Shown piece by piece: positions 60,027 through 64,000 of a DNA stretch of 64,000 nucleotides (position 1 is the first letter of the stretch; the number at the start of each line of letters is the position of its first letter). Both the position numbers and the translations under genes were made by a program. The DNA is from Candidatus Binatus sp. (lineage in GTDB: Bacteria; Desulfobacterota; Binatia; Binatales; Binataceae): positions 3,501 to 67,500 of the forward strand of contig JBEKLS010000002.1 of the NCBI GenBank assembly GCA_050010075.1, read 5' to 3'. The notes below the pieces were generated by a model. That model saw only the letters and a program-made list of their open reading frames with translations. It was not told the origin of the DNA and made no database searches.

Positions 60027-61624
60027 GCCGTCTCCTCGATTCGCCGGCTGACGCTCGACGATCCCATCGGACCCGAGACCCATCCGGCGAACACCGCCGA
60101 GAATTTTCCGGCGTTGCCGCCAGCCACGATGATATTGATATCCTCCGGCTTGCGAAACTTCGCAATCTTTTCCGCGAGCTGTTCTTCGGTCGGCGTGCCA
60201 AGTGCGCTCAGTGGAATTCCTTCTCCGCTATCGTCGTCGCGCAGCAATTCACGCAACGGGCGCGCCGTCACTTCCTGGATGCGCGCGCGCAAATTCGCCT
60301 TGGTCCATTTCTCGCGCGCCAGCGTGTCGGCATGCTCGGGACAAACGACGAGCAGAATCTCGCCGCTGTTGTGCGACTTGGGATGCCAGCATGCTTCGAG
60401 GCCCATGCCGAGACTGCCGCCGAGCGCGCGCGCCGTTCGCGAAGTTTGATCGGCAATCTGGCGCGAGCCCGCCTCCAGCCCGAACACGGTCACGACGCTT
60501 TCATCCTGCTTGAACCCGCGCTCGACGTGCAGCGGCTCCCACGGACTGCGCTCCTCCCACTCGGCGAAGCACGTCGTGAACTTGCCGGGCGCACCCAGCG
60601 TAGAGCGCTCGATCTCGCCCGGCCGCGCGCCGCCGACGTTGCGCAGCACGAGTTTCAGCGCGCGCCCGATGGTTGCGTTGGAACGCGTGCCGTAGCCGAG
60701 CGCCATCATGCCCATGTTCATGTCGAGACGATGGCGAATCGGACCGCTGACGACGATCACCGGCGTCGCGCCCCAGGTCGTGGACATGATGCCGTGGATG
60801 TTGAAGGTGTCGGTGCAGACCGCTTCGAGCGCCGCGATCACCACCGGCAGATACTCGGGCTTGCATCCGGCCATCACGGCGTTGACCGCGACTTTTTCGA
60901 CGCTGACGGGCGCAAGATTCGGCGGCACGATCGCAACGATGTCGCGCGGGTCGCGCCGCGTTCCCGTCAGCATCCACATCACGCGCTCGGGCGTCGGCGG
61001 CACCACAGGCAAACCGTCGGTGAGCCCGCGCTCGAACATGAATTCGAAGACGTCTTCGGCGTCGCCGAGTTCGATTCGACGCGCGGTCAGCTTGTCGCCG
61101 CGCGCGTTTGCTTCGAGGCGCTCAGCGATTCCAGGTTCGACCGATTTGGAACCGCATCCAGGGCGCGACTCAGGATATGAATTCCAATCGACGGACGGCG
61201 ATTGTAGTCCCGATTGCCGCGACAACTCGGCGAACATCTCGCGCCAATCGTCGCGTCCGAAACCGACGAAGCGCCGCTGCTCGTGGCCATGCGAGTCAGC
61301 GAGGATGATTGTCGGCACCGTGTCGAGGTCGTAGTTGAAGGAGACCGCGAGCGATGAATCGTCGAGCATCGGCGCCGAGAGCGCATAACGTTCGACGAGC
61401 TTCGCGTTGCCCTCGGCATCCTGGCCTACCACCCACACATCGATGGATGCACCGAAGGCGCGATGCGCGGCCTCGATCAGCGGCATCGTCATTGCGCAGG
61501 TCGGGCAATCTTCCTTGACGAAGCAGAGCAGGGCGGCGCGGGCAGACGGGAATGAACGCCCTGTGCCATGCGTATCGAGCAGCTCAAACGCTGGCAATGA
61601 ATTTGCCGGCGAATCTTTCATCAC
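60023..61624 (-). CDS. thioredoxin-fold (CPTC) domain fused to a ~380-aa conserved domain of unknown function
   Basis: 533 aa. The N-terminal TlpA/AhpC-like region is LPAFELLDTHGTGRSFPS...LLCFVKEDCPTCAMTMP...DTVPTIILADSHG. The remainder (GLTDGLPVVPPTPERV...VNAVMAGCKPEYLPVVIAALEA...GPIRHRLDMNMG...GRALKLVLRNVGGARPGEIERSTLGAPGKFTTCFAE) matched no named family I can recall. Confidence 0.75.
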   Translation of the reverse strand: MMKDSPANSLPAFELLDTHGTGRSFPSARAALLCFVKEDCPTCAMTMPLIEAAHRAFGASIDVWVVGQDAEGNAKLVERYALSAPMLDDSSLAVSFNYDLDTVPTIILADSHGHEQRRFVGFGRDDWREMFAELSRQSGLQSPSVDWNSYPESRPGCGSKSVEPGIAERLEANARGDKLTARRIELGDAEDVFEFMFERGLTDGLPVVPPTPERVMWMLTGTRRDPRDIVAIVPPNLAPVSVEKVAVNAVMAGCKPEYLPVVIAALEAVCTDTFNIHGIMSTTWGATPVIVVSGPIRHRLDMNMGMMALGYGTRSNATIGRALKLVLRNVGGARPGEIERSTLGAPGKFTTCFAEWEERSPWEPLHVERGFKQDESVVTVFGLEAGSRQIADQTSRTARALGGSLGMGLEACWHPKSHNSGEILLVVCPEHADTLAREKWTKANLRARIQEVTARPLRELLRDDDSGEGIPLSALGTPTEEQLAEKIAKFRKPEDINIIVAGGNAGKFSAVFAGWVSGPMGSSSVSRRIEETA

Positions 61625-62895
61625 TGCGACGGCGGAGGCAGGGGCGGAGCGGATGCGCTGGATTCCGGCACCATCAGAAATTGATTCTGCGTCGTCGAAT
61701 AAAACTCGACTGACGCTGTTACCAGCGCTCTCTCGGCGATGCCGCCGGCGACCAGCACCTCGCCGTCATTTAGCAGCGTTGCGGTGTTGGTGAGGCGTGC
61801 GACGTGGGTCGGGCCGACTTGCGAGAACAAATTCGTCTCGGGCATGAAGACTTCCGCGTCGCGCATCCCGACCACGATCGGCCCCTGGATGGTCCATCCG
61901 CCGACGACCAGTACGTTGCCATTGTCAAGCCTCGTCGCAGTCGCCAGGTAATGTGGCGCGGCCATGTTGCCGGTGGCGATGAAGCTGTTCGATTCGGGGT
62001 CGTAGATTTCCGCGGTGTTCAGCGGCGTCAGCGAAGCGATATTGGGAGCTCCCGACATCATGACTCTGCCGCTCTTGCCGCCGACGATCAGCACGCGGCC
62101 GTCGCTCAACCTGACCGCAGCCGCGCCGACGCGATCGCTCTTCATGTGCGCGAACATCGGCGAGAAGCTGCTGGTGCTCGGATTGTACATCTCGGCGGTG
62201 TCGTAAGAGATGTAGTTGCCCGGCATGCCGCCGCGGCCGCCGCCTGCGATCAGCACGTTGCCGGTGCCGAGCAGCGCGGCGACGTGCGCGACGCGCGGCT
62301 GATTCAAACTGCCGGTGAGGTTGAAGGTGCCGCTCGCAGGAAAGTAAATCTCGGCGGTGCCCAGCGTGTGGATGCCGTTGTCACTGCCGCCGACTATCAG
62401 CACGGTCCCGTCGCGCAGCATCGTTGCGGTATGCCCTTCGCGCGGCACGGACATCGAGCCGGTCGCGGTGAAGGTGCCGGCGCTCGGGTCATAGATTTCC
62501 GCACTGGCCAGCTCCGAGCGATAGCCGGCGTTCTGCACGCCGCCGGTCAGTAACACGCGTCCGTCGGACAGCATTGTGATAGTTTGCCCGGCGCGCGGGA
62601 CGGTCATCGAGCCGGTCGCGGCGAAGGATTGCGTTGCGGGATCGTAAAGCTCGGCGCTCGAGAGCACTCCCCCGACCTGGCCTGTCGCCGTGCCGCCGCA
62701 TATCAGCACGCGTCCGTCGCGCAGGCGAATCGCGGCGGCGTTGGCGCGCGGCGTGGTCATCGCGAGCGCGGCGACCTGGTTACCTTGCGGACTGGTCAGG
62801 AAGACGGGCGGCGCTTCGGAAATCCCGGAGCCTCCGCATCCGCTGAGTACAGCCGCGACGAGAAACGACAAGACAATGAGAAATCGGCGTTGCAT
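61621..62895 (-). CDS. Kelch-repeat lipoprotein
   Basis: ATG at 62895: MQRRFLIVLSFLVAAVLSGC, with lipobox LSGC. Seven or so Kelch units (AELYDPATQSFAATGSMTVPRAGQTITMLSDGRVLLTGG, and others). The stop overlaps the downstream gene's start (ATGA at 61621..61624). Confidence 0.85.
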   Translation of the reverse strand: MQRRFLIVLSFLVAAVLSGCGGSGISEAPPVFLTSPQGNQVAALAMTTPRANAAAIRLRDGRVLICGGTATGQVGGVLSSAELYDPATQSFAATGSMTVPRAGQTITMLSDGRVLLTGGVQNAGYRSELASAEIYDPSAGTFTATGSMSVPREGHTATMLRDGTVLIVGGSDNGIHTLGTAEIYFPASGTFNLTGSLNQPRVAHVAALLGTGNVLIAGGGRGGMPGNYISYDTAEMYNPSTSSFSPMFAHMKSDRVGAAAVRLSDGRVLIVGGKSGRVMMSGAPNIASLTPLNTAEIYDPESNSFIATGNMAAPHYLATATRLDNGNVLVVGGWTIQGPIVVGMRDAEVFMPETNLFSQVGPTHVARLTNTATLLNDGEVLVAGGIAERALVTASVEFYSTTQNQFLMVPESSASAPPLPPPSQ

Positions 62896-62934
62896 GCGCG
62901 CAAAATCATAGGCTTGCCGGGCCAAGATGGGAAG

Positions 62935-63519
62935 TTACTTATTCGGTGAACGAACGCCGTGGCGCAGCGCGTTCATCGTCGCGCGGACGAACATCGCGCC
63001 CGGCCATACGCCGCGCTTGCTCGGAGCCGTCGTGGTCCCGGCGCCGCCGCCAAGTTCGCGCACGAATGCGAGCAGTTCCTCGACGTTGACGCGCGACGCG
63101 ACGTCTTCCAACGCGCGGAAACGCACGACGCGATCGCGATCTATTACGAACGCTGCCGGGAAGGCGATGCCGCCTTTTTCTGCGCGGTTGAACAGGTCAT
63201 ACGCTTTGACGACTTCGCGGCTGGTGTCGCATAGCAGCGGAAATTTGAGGCCGAGTTCCTGGCGGACCGGCTCGGAGCGCGCGGCGTCATCAACCGAGAT
63301 TGCGACCAGTGCGGCTCCGGCTGCGCGAAATTCTTCGAAATGCTGCGAGTAGTCCGCCAACTGGCGAAGGCAGAACGGTCACCAATGGCCGCGATAGAAA
63401 ACGACGATGCACAATCCTCCAGCGATCAGATCATCGAGGCGGCGAATCGCGCCGGTCGAGTCGGCGAGCGTGAACTCAGGCGCGCGCTCGCCTACCGACG
63501 GAGTTTTGCGTTCGTCCAT
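62935..63519 (-). CDS. peroxiredoxin-like (AhpC/TSA-fold) selenoprotein, U-P-F-C active site (TGA at 63379..63381 read as selenocysteine, residue 47 of 194)
   Basis: The track ORF begins at an internal TTG (63360). Extending the same frame upstream through the TGA to ATG 63519 gives MDERKTPSVGERAPEFTLADSTGAIRRLDDLIAGGLCIVVFYRGHW-U-PFCLRQLADYSQHFEEFRAAGAALVAISVDD.... This restores the full N-terminal half of the Prx fold, with Sec exactly where the peroxidatic Cys sits in FYRGHWCP(F/Y)C homologues. Confidence 0.85.
63343..63373 (-). promoter_or_regulatory. candidate bacterial SECIS hairpin for the Prx-like gene
   Basis: The RNA reads UGA-CCGUU-CUGC-C-UUCGCC-AGUU-GGCGGA-CUACUC-GCAG. It has a 6-bp apical stem with a GU-containing tetraloop that begins about 10 nt after the UGA, closed by a 4-bp lower stem. 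Confidence 0.5.
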
Positions 63520-63545
63520 CGCTCAACAATAGCCGCGCCCGCGCC

Positions 63546-64000
63546 TCAGAGGAACATCGTTCCTTCGCCCACGATCACGCATCGCCCGCCGATGCGGATT
63601 GCGAACGCGCCGCTGTCCTTGCGCGCGACCTCGACGCGAATCTCGCTCGGCCGTCGCATTTCGACGCCTTGCTTGATGAGGAACGAAGTCCTGGGCGCGG
63701 GCTTTATCAATCCATACGTGGCGGCATACGCGCCGAACGGAGCTGCCGCGCTGCCGGTCGCCGGGTCTTCGGCAACTCCGGAGTGAGGCGCGAACATCCG
63801 CGAGCGAACCGCGAACTCGCCCGACCCGTTCGCGACGAACATATAGATGAGCAGCACCTGCTCGCCCGGTTTGAACAGCGACGCGATTGCCGGCGCGTTG
63901 GGCGCGCACTTCGCGAGCGCATCAAGCGTGCGCAGCGGAATAAAGATGAAGGGTACGCCGGTCGAGACGACCTGGATCGGCAGATCATCGCGAAGGTCCG
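63546..64000 (-). CDS. PhzF-family isomerase, N-terminus beyond window edge
   Basis: The frame is open from position 64000: ...DLRDDLPIQVVSTGVPFIFIPLRTLDALAKCAPN...LLIYMFVANGSGEFAVRSRMFAPHSGVAEDPATGSAAAPFGAY... The motif FAP..G..EDPATGSA is the PhzF/YHI9 signature. The track shows only the internal GTG-initiated part, 63546..63857. Confidence 0.85.
   Translation of the reverse strand, partial: DLRDDLPIQVVSTGVPFIFIPLRTLDALAKCAPNAPAIASLFKPGEQVLLIYMFVANGSGEFAVRSRMFAPHSGVAEDPATGSAAAPFGAYAATYGLIKPAPRTSFLIKQGVEMRRPSEIRVEVARKDSGAFAIRIGGRCVIVGEGTMFL

Noticed and set aside
59505-60083. Treating 59505..59723 and 59745..60083 as two independent small genes
   Set aside because: They are in the same frame and separated by a single TGA. 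The junction spells the UGSC motif, a hairpin follows the TGA, and the downstream piece has no Shine-Dalgarno motif of its own. One selenoprotein gene is the better model.
62935-63360. Prx-like gene starting at the TTG at 63360
   Set aside because: That start would delete the beta1-alpha1 active-site half of the fold. The upstream in-frame extension through the TGA restores it exactly.
1-64000. tRNA, rRNA, tmRNA or other classical RNA genes
   Set aside because: I scanned the intergenic spacers for T-loop-like GGTTCGAATCC motifs and cloverleaf symmetry and found none. The only GGTTCGA match (about 1398..1404, minus strand) lacks acceptor and anticodon stems. A visual scan is not exhaustive.

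Overview
GC-rich (about 60-65% by eye, not computed), densely coding chromosomal segment from a diderm bacterium (Mla lipid-transport operon, LpxD and WaaF are present), probably an uncultivated soil or sediment lineage that uses cofactor F420. About 60 protein genes are supportable on both strands. I found no rRNA, tRNA or CRISPR array. Core genes: rplU-rpmA, sufT, cofC, mlaEFDCA, lipA-lipB-lpdA, pdhABC, rnhB, an RNB exoribonuclease, lpxD, waaF, crcB with a DUF190 gene, alkA, mscL and chrA. Accessory content: two type II toxin-antitoxin loci (Phd/YefM with a truncated VapC, and BrnT/BrnA); a three-gene His-Asp phosphorelay; and three large secreted proteins (a 12-repeat NHL protein, a clan GH-A-like glycosidase and an S53 sedolisin protease) that share a Thr/Ala/Pro-rich linker plus a choice-of-anchor-D-like C-terminal domain. 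There are also several other secreted beta-propeller proteins and a loose P450 / class-III aminotransferase / diiron / SCP2 / desaturase neighbourhood. The most notable result is a minus-strand redox cluster at about 59.5-64 kb. It holds two genes that the ORF track splits at in-frame TGA codons. Read through as selenocysteine, they give a UGSC-family selenoprotein and a peroxiredoxin-like protein with a U-P-F-C active site. Each TGA is followed by a SECIS-like hairpin. The UGSC gene is translationally coupled to a thioredoxin-fold fusion protein of unknown function. The window also carries at least three families of short palindromic intergenic repeats. One family brackets, in inverted orientation, a ~9.4 kb accessory block that splits the PDH/lipoate gene cluster. 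Many long ORFs in the track are antisense artefacts of the high GC content and were rejected.
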